Source: a virus
Lineage: Duplodnaviria; Heunggongvirae; Uroviricota; Caudoviricetes
Length of the DNA: 64,000 nucleotides
Direction: 5' to 3' (one strand)
IMG/VR virus record: IMGVR_UViG_3300012007_000007
Span: 99,434-163,433 of that record
Positions 17,784 through 26,440 of the stretch are shown here, one piece after another. The number at the start of each line of letters is the position of its first letter. Within the stretch, counting starts at the first letter, position 1. Made by a program: the position numbers and the translations under genes. The notes under the pieces are model-generated. The model was not told where the DNA came from. It was given only the letters and a program-made list of their open reading frames with translations, and made no database searches.

Positions 17784-18470
17784 ATGAAGATTGAAACCTA
17801 CCTTGAGACCCTGGTCCAGGTCCCAGGACGCAGCAACTTCGACACGACGGAACTGAACCGCCAGCTCGATATCGTCAAGGAATGCGTCCTTGAAGCCTCC
17901 CGGCCCTACCGCATGGGAACTTGCTGGGCAAACTGTTCAGCAGAATGGATTGACTTCCGCTTCACCCTCGTGAGCGACGACATCCGTTCAGAGGACACCT
18001 TCCGTCTGGACATTTCCGTGGACGCTACCGACCCCAAGTGGTATGTCCACCTGTTCGTCGAGGACAGGAACGGAAACCAGGCCCTCCCGGTGGAAGCCGA
18101 GTTCAAGTCCTCCGACGGCTCGTTCAAGTCCCTTGAGCAGTGCCTCGCCGATTTCCGTGCAGAGTACGACCTGAAGGTAGCCGACCTTGCCCGGGAACTG
18201 ATTGAAAACAATTTTTCCGACAAGGAGGAAGCAATCGAACAGATTCGGGCTTACCTGAAGGTAGCGACCGACCTCGCCAGGGAAAACGGGTTCAGGCTCG
18301 CCCTGGACACATCAATCGCAAGCGTCTGCGTCTACATCGTACCCGCATCGGCCACAATCCGTGAAATCGGTACTCCCGGGGAAATCGACCGCGAATCCCT
18401 GCCTACACTGGACTTCGACTCCGTAAAGTTCAACTCCGACCACGACGCCTTCTGCCTCGAAAAGGAATAA
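17784..18470 (+). CDS. hypothetical protein (228 aa)
   Basis: ATG after cTATGGAGGaaacct. Confidence 0.6.
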   Translation: MKIETYLETLVQVPGRSNFDTTELNRQLDIVKECVLEASRPYRMGTCWANCSAEWIDFRFTLVSDDIRSEDTFRLDISVDATDPKWYVHLFVEDRNGNQALPVEAEFKSSDGSFKSLEQCLADFRAEYDLKVADLARELIENNFSDKEEAIEQIRAYLKVATDLARENGFRLALDTSIASVCVYIVPASATIREIGTPGEIDRESLPTLDFDSVKFNSDHDAFCLEKE

Positions 18471-18598
18471 CTCCCGGCACTCCCTGGCCGGGACCCGGGA
18501 GCCCCCGTACCACGACACAATGACACGCGGGGGTTCCCGGGAATTATTTTTTTATTTTTTGAATTTGGCCCCAGGCGGCATTCCGATAAACTGCTTGC

Positions 18599-18709
18599 AT
18601 GAAGAAAGACGGATACAACCCCTTCGCAATCACATGCACCGACATACTGGTCATGGTCGGCGTGCTGTTCGTACTGGGGGTACTAGCCGCCGCGCTCGTC
18701 CTGGAATAG
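18599..18709 (+). CDS. possible small membrane protein (36 aa)
   Basis: short hydrophobic ORF in an AT-rich gap; no SD. Confidence 0.2.
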   Translation: MKKDGYNPFAITCTDILVMVGVLFVLGVLAAALVLE

Positions 18710-18728
18710 ATTTTTTGCCTCCGTAATG

Positions 18729-18770
18729 AACCTCCCGGAATTTCCCGGGAGGTTTTCTTGTCTTTCCCGG
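18729..18770 (+). terminator. intrinsic terminator
   Basis: AACCTCCCGGAATTTCCCGGGAGGTT + ttcttgtctttcc. Confidence 0.55.
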
Positions 18771-18816
18771 GTTTTTTCCAACGTCAGCCCCCGGGCCCGG
18801 GGCACGGCTCCCGTCC

Positions 18817-18863
18817 TCTATCGGGACCGGGATGGGATGCCCGGGATTCCCGGGAGATTCCCA
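18817..18863 (+). promoter_or_regulatory. class-I element
   Basis: TCTATCGGGaccGGGATGGGATGCCCGGGATTCCCGGGAGATTCCCA. Confidence 0.55.
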
Positions 18864-18892
18864 GCATATCCCGGCAAATACGGAGGAACCCT

Positions 18893-19285
18893 ATGGACAG
18901 GCAAGTATACGTACTGTACGGGACGCTGTGGACGGCGACCTCGTGCACCCCGTGGGTTCCCGTGCTGTTCGACGACTACGGCAGGGCGCGGGAATACATG
19001 GTGGGGGAGTTCAGGAACTACCTGAAGTCATGCGGATACCTGGGCAAGGACGGTGATACCGTCGTCCCGACCCGGGAGGTCGACTCCATCACCGTGAACG
19101 GCGTGAGCGTGACCGACCCCATATTCGGCAGGTTCCGCGTGTCGGAGCTGCTCGACGTCCAGCTGGAGACCCTGCGCGCGGCGGAGGAGTTCTCCGGCAT
19201 CGAATGGAGGCTCCGCAGCCTCCCGGTACACGCCGGGTCCGAAAGCACCGAAGGCGCCCCCGGGAGGTTCCGCATCGACGCCTGA
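18893..19285 (+). CDS. hypothetical protein (130 aa)
   Basis: ATG after ACGGAGGaaccct. Confidence 0.6.
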   Translation: MDRQVYVLYGTLWTATSCTPWVPVLFDDYGRAREYMVGEFRNYLKSCGYLGKDGDTVVPTREVDSITVNGVSVTDPIFGRFRVSELLDVQLETLRAAEEFSGIEWRLRSLPVHAGSESTEGAPGRFRIDA

Positions 19286-19287
19286 CG

Positions 19288-19335
19288 TCTATCGGGTCCG
19301 GGATGGGATGCCCGGGAACCCCGGGAGATTCCCAT
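19288..19335 (+). promoter_or_regulatory. class-I element
   Basis: TCTATCGGGtccGGGATGGGATGCCCGGGAACCCCGGGAGATTCCCA. Confidence 0.55.
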
Positions 19336-19370
19336 AGCAAAATTACGTGATTCAACCTATGGAGGAAACC

Positions 19371-19805
19371 ATGTCATACGAGAACATCATCATTTCCAAG
19401 CTCACCCCGGCCCAGAAGGACGAGGTAATCGCCGAGCTCATCGCCGAGCTGAAGGCGAAGGACAGCCTGCTCGGCGACACCGGCGAGGCCGCCACCGCCA
19501 CCGCCGACATGCGCCCGAGCGACTTCGACTGCCTCGCGGTCACCAGGGTGTCCGTGTTCCCGTTCACCCAGTCAGGAACCTGCTCCCGCACCAAGGGCAT
19601 CGCCACCGTCACCCTGAACGACCAGCTGGTACTCCGCGGCGTGCGAATCGTCGAGAACGGCAATGAACTCTCCGTCGAAATGCCGCCCGACCCGTTCTTC
19701 AAGGGGGAAGGAATCCGCAGTATCGTAGCGCCAGTCACACGCCAGCTCCGCGAACATATCGAGAACTGTGTGCTGGAAATGTACCGCCACCAGAAGGAGA
19801 TTTAA
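19371..19805 (+). CDS. hypothetical protein (144 aa)
   Basis: ATG after cTATGGAGGaaacc. Confidence 0.6.
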   Translation: MSYENIIISKLTPAQKDEVIAELIAELKAKDSLLGDTGEAATATADMRPSDFDCLAVTRVSVFPFTQSGTCSRTKGIATVTLNDQLVLRGVRIVENGNELSVEMPPDPFFKGEGIRSIVAPVTRQLREHIENCVLEMYRHQKEI

Positions 19806-19907
19806 TATATGATGTACCAGGACTATTACTCCGCCCCGATGCTCGTCATCGTGGACGGCAAGCTCGTCGTAGCGAAGGTCCAGCGGGAATACCGATAGCG
19901 GGAGCCT

Positions 19908-19955
19908 TCTATCGGGCCCGGGATGGGATGCCCGGGATTCCCGGGAGATTCCCAT
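19908..19955 (+). promoter_or_regulatory. class-I element
   Basis: TCTATCGGGcccGGGATGGGATGCCCGGGATTCCCGGGAGATTCCCA. Confidence 0.55.
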
Positions 19956-19994
19956 TGCTGCCATACGAAATACAATTAGATGGAGGATAACACA

Positions 19995-20483
19995 ATGTCT
20001 TTTTCTACCACTACCCGGGTTTCGGACCACTACAGCCTCGCAGACCTGCTGAACGCAGACTGCCTCGACTCGGCCTACCACCCGGAGGTCCTGGAACTGC
20101 TCCGCCGCTACTACCCGGACCCGGACCTCGAAGACGAAATTGACGCGGACCTGTCCCTGTCCGACCCCGAATACGTAATCAAGACCTGCGAGAACCTCTC
20201 CTACGACGACGCTGTATGCGTGGTCAACTACTTCCACGTCCACCTCCCTGGCGACGAGGTCGCCGAGGAACTCGCCGCAATCATCAACGGGGACGTGGTG
20301 GAAGGACTCCACGACACCGGAACCAGGTCCTTCGTCGTCAGCTTCGTCGGGAGGGTCACCATCCAGGCCGACTCGGAAAACGACGCGGTCACCAAGCTCT
20401 CCGGCCTCGACCTCTTCACGAGGGAAGCGCAGGACCACGGGGCGGAATTCGTCGCAGTCGACCAGGTAACTGAAGACAACTAA
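19995..20483 (+). CDS. hypothetical acidic protein (162 aa)
   Basis: ATG after AGATGGAGGataacaca. Confidence 0.6.
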   Translation: MSFSTTTRVSDHYSLADLLNADCLDSAYHPEVLELLRRYYPDPDLEDEIDADLSLSDPEYVIKTCENLSYDDAVCVVNYFHVHLPGDEVAEELAAIINGDVVEGLHDTGTRSFVVSFVGRVTIQADSENDAVTKLSGLDLFTREAQDHGAEFVAVDQVTEDN

Positions 20484-20509
20484 TTTTTTAATTAACTGGA
20501 GGAAACATC

Positions 20510-20743
20510 ATGGCAAAAAACAAGGAAAAGACCGACGGCCAGGAACTTGACGAAATCCTGTTCGACACACTGGGTGAGTTCATCAGTCCCAACAGATGGA
20601 AAATCATGGAACGCCCCGACGGCCACTATAATGTCCTCTGTAACGAAACGCCCGAATGCAACGCGTTCCTGGAAGATGTGACCCGCGGCCTCCGTGGAAC
20701 CAAGTTCGAGAACAAGGTCCATCTATATTATCTCACCAAGTGA
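20510..20743 (+). CDS. hypothetical protein (77 aa)
   Basis: ORF track; CTGGAGGAAACATC RBS. Confidence 0.55.
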   Translation: MAKNKEKTDGQELDEILFDTLGEFISPNRWKIMERPDGHYNVLCNETPECNAFLEDVTRGLRGTKFENKVHLYYLTK

Positions 20744-21017
20744 AAAACTTTCCTTGACCTCACGAAATAATTTTTTATTTTATTTCCCATGGCTACGGGT
20801 GTAGCCACGGGAATTCCCGGGAAAACACATCTCTTTCCCATGTTGTTTGCTGGCACAGCCCGGGAATTCCCTCATCTCTTATACCACATATTTTTACTTC
20901 CTCCAAGCAGGGCCCTTCCCGGTATCTCCCGGGAGGGGCCTCTTGCTTTCCCGGGTTCCTTCCGGGAGTTCCCCCAAGTTCTCCCGGGAGGTACCTTCGC
21001 GTAACCGGGTCCCTCCC

Positions 21018-21065
21018 TCTATCGGGACAGGGATGGGATGCCCGGGATTCCCGGGGATTTCCCAT
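21018..21065 (+). promoter_or_regulatory. class-I element
   Basis: TCTATCGGGacaGGGATGGGATGCCCGGGATTCCCGGGGATTTCCCA. Confidence 0.55.
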
Positions 21066-21095
21066 GCCGACAGTACACTTGCAGGAGACATACCC

Positions 21096-21368
21096 ATGAA
21101 ATTCGTACACAGCGCAAACCCCAGGATGTCCAACCCCACCGAAGCACAGCTCGACACGCTCGAGAAGGCCGTCCAGACCGTGGACAGGAACCTCTTCGTT
21201 TCCGAGGTCGACTTCGAGAAGGGAACCGTGTCCCTGGGAATGGTCTACAACCCGGGAGAACCCTCCCAGTGGAAGCAGGAGGACTTCCTCGTCGTCAACG
21301 TCGCGTGCGACTCCGTAGCCGCGCTCTTCCACGACGTCTACTCCGCCGCATACGACCGCTGCATCTGA
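21096..21368 (+). CDS. hypothetical protein (90 aa)
   Basis: in-frame ATG (residue 84 of ORF 20847..21368) after CAGGAGACATACCC. Confidence 0.55.
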   Translation: MKFVHSANPRMSNPTEAQLDTLEKAVQTVDRNLFVSEVDFEKGTVSLGMVYNPGEPSQWKQEDFLVVNVACDSVAALFHDVYSAAYDRCI

Positions 21369-21393
21369 CACTCCCGGATACTCCCGGGCCTAT

Positions 21394-21440
21394 CCTATCG
21401 GGACCCGGATGGGATGCCCGGGAAACCCCGGGAATTCCCA
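21394..21440 (+). promoter_or_regulatory. class-I element
   Basis: CCTATCGGGaccCGGATGGGATGCCCGGGAAACCCCGGGAATTCCCA. Confidence 0.55.
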
Positions 21441-21529
21441 CCAGGGAACCACACAGCCCGGCCCCGGGAACTCCCGGGAAACCGAACGGAAACTTTTTTT
21501 CTTACAAGAAACTTACAGGAGATACCACC

Positions 21530-21919
21530 ATGGCAAAGACAGCAAAGACAGCCAAGACAGCCAAGACAACCGCACCCAAGTACACCGCCAAGGAAACCAA
21601 CCTGGTCCTCGAAAAGATGTCGGACTTCGCCGGATACTTCAACAGGATGGCGAAGCTCCTCGCCACCGGGGTCGACGCGGTTATCGCATCCGCGACGAAA
21701 TGCCGCCTCCGCGTCAACACCGAGCACGTGTCCTTCAGGTCCTTCCCGGACAACGCCGTCAGGTTCTCCCTCACGGTCCACAAGGACTCCTCCGTACCCG
21801 TTCTGGTATATGCCCACCTCCCCGTCGGGAAGAAGGCGTTCTTTACCGGGAACGGGACCGAATACCCCATGACCTCCGCGGGTATCCGCCGCATGGCAAA
21901 GGACATCCTCGCCCTGTAG
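21530..21919 (+). CDS. hypothetical protein with basic AKTAK-repeat N-terminus (129 aa), possibly DNA-binding
   Basis: MAKTAKTAKTAKTTAPKYTAKE N-terminus; CAGGAGATACCACC RBS. Confidence 0.55.
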   Translation: MAKTAKTAKTAKTTAPKYTAKETNLVLEKMSDFAGYFNRMAKLLATGVDAVIASATKCRLRVNTEHVSFRSFPDNAVRFSLTVHKDSSVPVLVYAHLPVGKKAFFTGNGTEYPMTSAGIRRMAKDILAL

Positions 21920-21920
21920 C

Positions 21921-21967
21921 CTAACGGGTCCAGGATGGGATGCCCGGGAACCCCGGGGATTTCCCAT
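21921..21967 (+). promoter_or_regulatory. class-I element
   Basis: CTAACGGGtccaGGATGGGATGCCCGGGAACCCCGGGGATTTCCCA. Confidence 0.55.
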
Positions 21968-22009
21968 GGGTCCAACAAGAACTTTAAAACTTCAACAGGA
22001 GACATTCCC

Positions 22010-22522
22010 ATGAACAAGCTGCTCATCTACATCGTGGCAACCGCCATCGTCATCCTCCTCGGCTTCGACGCGTACCTCGCGCTCACCGGGCAGGCAACCG
22101 CAACCTCCCTCGTCGAGCTCGCCGTAGGCGCCGGGGCAATCATCGCGTTCTCCGCGGCCGCCCTCGTGCGTACCGTCGGCGGGTTCCGAATCGGGACCGG
22201 CCGCACCAACCCCGTCGAATGCAAGCTCGACGAAATACTGGAAGAACTCTCGGCATGCCGCGACACCATCGGCGAAACAAACACCGCCGTCGAGAACGCA
22301 CGCGAGGACTTCGACTCCCGTCTCGGACTGAAGCCCGACGCATGGGAAGCGACAGTCAACACCGTCGACGAACACGGGAAGCTCGTCCCGGTATACGCCC
22401 TCGCCCCAGAGGATTCCCAGGAAGAGGCCGTCTGCGCCGCCCGTACCTCCCTCGAGGCGCGTGACGCGGAAGGCAACCCCGTCGAGAACGCCCGAATCAC
22501 GCTCCGTCCCGTATTCTACTGA
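22010..22522 (+). CDS. membrane protein (170 aa)
   Basis: two N-terminal TM helices; ATG after ACAGGAGACATTCCC. Confidence 0.55.
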   Translation: MNKLLIYIVATAIVILLGFDAYLALTGQATATSLVELAVGAGAIIAFSAAALVRTVGGFRIGTGRTNPVECKLDEILEELSACRDTIGETNTAVENAREDFDSRLGLKPDAWEATVNTVDEHGKLVPVYALAPEDSQEEAVCAARTSLEARDAEGNPVENARITLRPVFY

Positions 22523-22537
22523 TTTCCTCCATAACCC

Positions 22538-22580
22538 CCCATTGGGGAACCTCCCGGTACCTGCCGGGAGGTTTTTGTTT
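22538..22580 (+). terminator. intrinsic terminator
   Basis: AACCTCCCGGTACCTGCCGGGAGGTT + tttgtttttc. Confidence 0.55.
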
Positions 22581-22800
22581 TTCTCCCGGGAAACCTCCCC
22601 GGAACCTCCCGGGAATTCCCGGGATTTTTTTCTTGTTCCCCCCGGGAACCTCCCACGGAATTCCTGCTTTCCCCCCGGGAACATCTCACGTAATTCCTGC
22701 TTTCCCCCCGGGAATCTCCCACGGAATTCCCGGGGTTTCCACCGGGAAACTCCCGGAAACCTCCCCGGGGCTTCCCGGGAATCCCGCGAAAAAATATTTT
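22560..22800. repeat. GC-rich tandem repeat tract (~38-bp units TTCCCCCCGGGAAnnTCCCACGGAATTCCTGCT, ~3 copies plus CCCGGGAA-type simple repeats)
   Basis: visible direct repetition; no credible ORF. Confidence 0.6.
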
Positions 22801-22858
22801 ATTTTTAACCCCGTGAGCCCAGCTCGGGAACGGTACCGGAAGGAAATGCCCCGCCGTC

Positions 22859-22905
22859 CTCTATCGGGACCGGGATGGGATGTCCAGGATTTTCCAGGTT
22901 TCCGG
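22859..22905 (+). promoter_or_regulatory. class-I element (palindrome mutated, CCCGGG to TCCAGG on both arms)
   Basis: CTATCGGGaccGGGATGGGATGTCCAGGATTTTCCAGG; no gene downstream. Confidence 0.4.
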
Positions 22906-22988
22906 CCCGTTTTCGCCATTTCCACATACCGGTCAGAGCAGTGTCCCCCGGGAGGTCCAGATGCTGGGAAGAACTGACCCCCGCCGCC

Positions 22989-23040
22989 CTCTATCGGGAC
23001 CGGGATGGGATGCCCGGGAGGACCTCCCGGATTCCCCCGG
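22989..23040 (+). promoter_or_regulatory. class-I element followed by a repeat tract instead of a gene
   Basis: CTATCGGGaccGGGATGGGATGCCCGGGAGGACCTCCCGG. Confidence 0.5.
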
Positions 23041-23340
23041 GTTCTCCAGGATGTTCCCGGGTTGCTCCCGGAGGCTCCCAGGTTGCTCCCGGAGCATTCG
23101 GGTTGCCTCCCAGGTTCCCCCAGGTTGCTCCCGGATTCCCCCGGGTTGCTCCCGGAGGCTCCCGGATTCCCCGGGTTGCTCCCGGGTTGCTCCCGGGAGG
23201 TTCCCAGGTTGCCCCCGGGGCATTCGGGTTGCCCGACATCGGGCTCCCCAGGTTCCCCCGGGTTGCTCCCGGGAGGTTCCGGGGAGGTTCCGGGAGTTAT
23301 CCGGGGGGTTCCTGGGAGGTTTCACGGAGTCCCGGGATGT
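23030..23340. repeat. degenerate 12-bp tandem repeat tract (GGTTGCTCCCGG-like, >15 units)
   Basis: read directly; the Pro/Gly-rich ORFs here (22875..23538) are judged spurious. Confidence 0.6.
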
Positions 23341-23420
23341 TCCACGGGAGGTACGGGTGCCGTTTTTCGCGAAATTTCGGGGGTGCCTGCCGGGAAAAGT
23401 GGCGGAAAGTGGGGAATTTT

Positions 23421-23520
23421 CCCCGATTTTTATTACTTTCCGCTTACAGGATACTTACAGAATACTTATGGAAATATTATTGAAATATTAAATTTTACTT
23501 GGAAAATACTTGCAGAATCC
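23421..23520. repeat. AT-rich island with iteron-like direct repeats (ATACTTACAG / ATACTTATGG / ATACTTGCAG, plus GAAATATTA x2); candidate replication origin
   Basis: about 75% AT in a ~62% GC context; 4-5 direct ~10-bp repeats; FtsK-like and RadC genes immediately downstream. Confidence 0.4.
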
Positions 23521-23743
23521 GGGAAGTGCTGTTTTTGAGCGAAAAACGCCATTTTTGCCTCTCGTTGAACGAGGGTTTGACCTCCCGGGGAACCCTGTTT
23601 CTCCCGTGGAATCCGGGGCATCCCGGCGGGCCCGTCCGTTCCGGGGCCGCATCCCGCGGGTCGGGGGCTGGCGCCGGGGTACCAAGTTGGTTTCCGGTTC
23701 CCGTTTCCTTCCCCGTTCCCGGGGGAGGCGGGGCTGTCCGCCA

Positions 23744-23790
23744 CCTATCGGGTCGTGGATGGGATGCCCGGGAGGACCGGGGGATTCCCA
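23744..23790 (+). promoter_or_regulatory. class-I element
   Basis: CCTATCGGGtcgtGGATGGGATGCCCGGGAGGACCGGGGGATTCCCA. Confidence 0.55.
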
Positions 23791-23852
23791 TGTGCATGGC
23801 GGGAATGAAACATTTACGTGCGCGGGGCATGGCCTCGCGGGAGGATAGCCGC

Positions 23853-24488
23853 ATGATGGCGAGGGAATTTGCTTTGGGCGTACTGGTCCTGGCGGGGAGC
23901 GCCGTGTTCGGGGTGGAGCCGGGGCTTCCGGCGGGTTTCGACCTGAGCTGGAGGCCTATGGGAGCCAACACCGGGAAGCTGGTGGAGGACGTGGAGGCGG
24001 TATACGAGGACGGTGATGGCAAGGTGCGCTGCCAGTACATCAGGGGGGTGGACCTCCCGGCGGTCCGGGAGTACGGGGAGTGGGTGTGCCCGGCGGTGAC
24101 GCTGTGGCACATCCGGGAGGTGGACATAGAGCGTTTCGGGGGGAAGTGCGGCGGTCTGCTGTGCATGTACGACTACACGATGCCCGGGGACCTCCCGACC
24201 GCGACCACGGTGAAGCGGGTGGCGTGGTGCCCGGACGTGGTTGTGACCCGTCGGGAGGGGGGCTACCTGCGTATCCGTGGCGGGCTCCGATTCGGACGGG
24301 GTGACAGGCCCGAGCCGTACTACAACAGCGGGGTGATACCTATGAGTTTCCCCCTGGACCCGGAGCTTGCGGAGTGCGGCGGGGAGAACTACCGGGAGCA
24401 GCGGAGGTTCTGGCTGGAGGAGTTCAGCGCGCCGGGGTACGGCGTGAGGGAGGAGGCCGGGGAGACGGACAGCTGGGACGGGACCTAA
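23853..24488 (+). CDS. membrane-anchored protein (211 aa)
   Basis: ATGATG after GGGAGGATAGCCGC; N-terminal hydrophobic helix FALGVLVLAGSAVFG. Confidence 0.5.
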   Translation: MMAREFALGVLVLAGSAVFGVEPGLPAGFDLSWRPMGANTGKLVEDVEAVYEDGDGKVRCQYIRGVDLPAVREYGEWVCPAVTLWHIREVDIERFGGKCGGLLCMYDYTMPGDLPTATTVKRVAWCPDVVVTRREGGYLRIRGGLRFGRGDRPEPYYNSGVIPMSFPLDPELAECGGENYREQRRFWLEEFSAPGYGVREEAGETDSWDGT

Positions 24489-24530
24489 CGGGTCCGGGAT
24501 GGGATGCCCGGGAGGTCCGGGGAATTCCCA
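24483..24530 (+). promoter_or_regulatory. class-I element (last copy)
   Basis: CCTAACGGGtccGGGATGGGATGCCCGGGAGGTCCGGGGAATTCCCA. Confidence 0.55.
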
Positions 24531-24568
24531 GGGGTATGGGCGTGAACAGTAACAAGATGGAGGACATC

Positions 24569-25720
24569 ATGGTCAAGGAGATGGAAAGGCGTTACTTCCG
24601 GGGACTCGGCGGAGACAGCGTGTCCGTCCCCTCCGGGAGCGACCGCGGGGAGCGGATAGAGGGCTTCTTCGCCGAGAACGGTGTCTCCCTCCGCGTGGAC
24701 GGGGTGGAGCGCGGCCCGGTGGTGACGAAGTACGTGGTGTCGCTGGGAAGCGACCGTGACCACGTGGCTAGGGTGGAGAACCTCCGCAGGGACCTGGGCA
24801 TCCGTCTCGGGGTCGGCGCGGGGAGGGTCTACATCGGCGAGACCCCGTGGAAGGGCGGCGTATCGCTGGCGATAGAGGTCCCGAACGCGGAGAGGGCGGG
24901 CGTGCCGGCGGGAGCCGTGATTCCGTCCGTGAGCGGGGACATTGCCAGGGACGGGCTGCGCGTGTGCCTGGGGGTGGACACCTCGGGCCGTCCGTATTCG
25001 GTGGACCTGTCCGTCGCCCCGCACGTGCTGGTCGCGGGCCAGAGCGGGAGCGGGAAGAGCGTGTTCCTGGACAGCCTGATATGCGGCCTCCTGGACAACT
25101 ACGGGCTTGGGGACTGCGAGGTGTCGGTGGTTGACCCGAAGGGCACGGAATTTATTTCGTTTTCCGGGCATCCCGGGGTTGTCCGGTACGGTCTGGGGAT
25201 TCCCGAGGAGGGCGCGGTGGTGAGGTCCGAGGAGGCCGCGGAGCACCTGGAGGCCCTGGTCCGCGTCATGCGTTCCCGCATGGCGGCGTTCGCGGGCGTG
25301 GGTGCGGGGAACATCCGGGAGTACCGGGAGGTGACGGGGTCGGCGATGCCGTACCACGTTGCGGTGGTGGACGAGTTCTACGACCTGCTGGTTAACTACC
25401 CGGAGGCGGAGGGCCCGATGGGCATCCTGGCGGCGAAGGCGAGGAGCGCGGGCATCCACCTGGTGCTCGCCACGCAGCGTCCGTCGGCGGACGTGGTGCG
25501 CGGTGCGCTGAAGGCGAACCTGTCCACTAGGATAGCGCTGAAGGTCGCGTCGAGGACGGACTCCCAGGTCATCCTGGACCGCGGCGGGGCGGAGACCCTG
25601 TGCGGCCGAGGGGACATGCTCTACATGGGCCCGGACGGGGATGCCCCGGTGCGCCTGCACGGGTGCTACGTGAGCAACGCGGACATCAGGGGCTTCGTCG
25701 CGAGCTGCGCGGGCCGGTAA
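24569..25720 (+). CDS. FtsK/SpoIIIE-family P-loop DNA translocase-like ATPase (383 aa)
   Basis: Walker A VAGQSGSGKSVF, Walker B VAVVDEFYDL, LVLATQRPSADVV motif. Confidence 0.7.
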   Translation: MVKEMERRYFRGLGGDSVSVPSGSDRGERIEGFFAENGVSLRVDGVERGPVVTKYVVSLGSDRDHVARVENLRRDLGIRLGVGAGRVYIGETPWKGGVSLAIEVPNAERAGVPAGAVIPSVSGDIARDGLRVCLGVDTSGRPYSVDLSVAPHVLVAGQSGSGKSVFLDSLICGLLDNYGLGDCEVSVVDPKGTEFISFSGHPGVVRYGLGIPEEGAVVRSEEAAEHLEALVRVMRSRMAAFAGVGAGNIREYREVTGSAMPYHVAVVDEFYDLLVNYPEAEGPMGILAAKARSAGIHLVLATQRPSADVVRGALKANLSTRIALKVASRTDSQVILDRGGAETLCGRGDMLYMGPDGDAPVRLHGCYVSNADIRGFVASCAGR

Positions 25721-25781
25721 CGGATTTATTTTTTTGATTTTTCGGATTTTCGAATTTCTACCCTCAAAAAGGAGAACTACC

Positions 25782-26396
25782 ATGGACAAGGAAACCTTAG
25801 CACAAATCAGTACAATCGTCGGCTCCAAGCGCATCGCGGAGGGGGCAGTGGCCTACCTCAGCATGTGCCGGGAGATACCGGACGAGGGGAAGGTGTGCAG
25901 GGCCCTCCACGTGAGCCCCCTCACAGCGAGGAAGATATGCGCCGTCGCCGCTCTCTCGGGCAAGTTCCTGCTCGACACGGTCCCGGTGCACGTGAACAAC
26001 CCGGCCCTGGTGGCGGGCTACCTGAGCGACCTGAAGTTCGCCCCCACGGAGCACGTGGTCGTCCTCAGCGTCGCTTCCGACAACACGCTCATCAAGCGCC
26101 ACGAGTGCTCGTCCGGCGCGAGCAACCGGGCCACGGTCGACCCCTGCACGGTGTTCAGCGGCCCGGTCCAGGACAAGGCGCGCTCCATCATCGTGGCCCA
26201 CAACCACCCGAGCGGAAGCGTCGAGTTCAGCAACTCCGACTACGACTTCACGGAACAGCTCGTGAAGGCCGGCCGCCTGCTGAACATCAGGGTCCTCGAC
26301 AGCATCGTAATCAGCCACCGCGGAATCAAGTCGATGCGTGCCGAACGCCCCGAGATGTTCGCCGAGCCGAAGCCCTCCCAGGAACCCAAGGCGTAG
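25782..26396 (+). CDS. RadC-like JAB/MPN-domain protein (204 aa)
   Basis: IIVAHNHPSGSVEFSNSDYDFTEQL (JAMM motif HxH...S...D); AAAAGGAGAA RBS. Confidence 0.7.
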   Translation: MDKETLAQISTIVGSKRIAEGAVAYLSMCREIPDEGKVCRALHVSPLTARKICAVAALSGKFLLDTVPVHVNNPALVAGYLSDLKFAPTEHVVVLSVASDNTLIKRHECSSGASNRATVDPCTVFSGPVQDKARSIIVAHNHPSGSVEFSNSDYDFTEQLVKAGRLLNIRVLDSIVISHRGIKSMRAERPEMFAEPKPSQEPKA

Positions 26397-26440
26397 TCCT
26401 TGGAATTCCCGGGAAACCGGGGCTGCCCATCTCGAATCCT

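Noticed and set aside
3284-19371. The ATG inside the recurring cTATGGAGG leader as the true start codon of early genes
   Set aside because: The motif is conserved as a unit and matches a Shine-Dalgarno sequence (GGAGG). A second in-frame ATG always follows 5-10 nt later, so the downstream ATG was annotated instead.
20744-21015. Possible gene or promoter in the 270-bp gap after CDS 20510..20743 (ORF 20789..21004)
   Set aside because: The ORF is Pro/Gly-rich with no RBS. The TTGACC-17-ATTTTA-like site is too weak to call.
22875-23538. Several long Pro/Gly-rich ORFs on both strands (22875..23483, 22880..23491, 23005..23538, 22933..23325, and others)
   Set aside because: They lie entirely within GC-rich tandem repeats, have low-complexity composition, and have no RBS or start context. 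They read as artefacts of the repeat, not genes.
24569-25720. Calling the FtsK-like ATPase the packaging terminase
   Set aside because: No nuclease domain, portal or capsid genes are nearby. Its location next to the candidate origin and RadC fits a replication or segregation role equally well. The generic family call is kept.
8851-25834. Long antisense ORFs opposite the methyltransferase, DUF262/HNH and FtsK-like genes (8851..9882, 9948..10991, 14275..15441, 24485..25834, 16939..17754)
   Set aside because: These are typical high-GC shadow ORFs. They lack motifs and regulatory elements, whereas the sense genes carry catalytic motifs and class-I elements.
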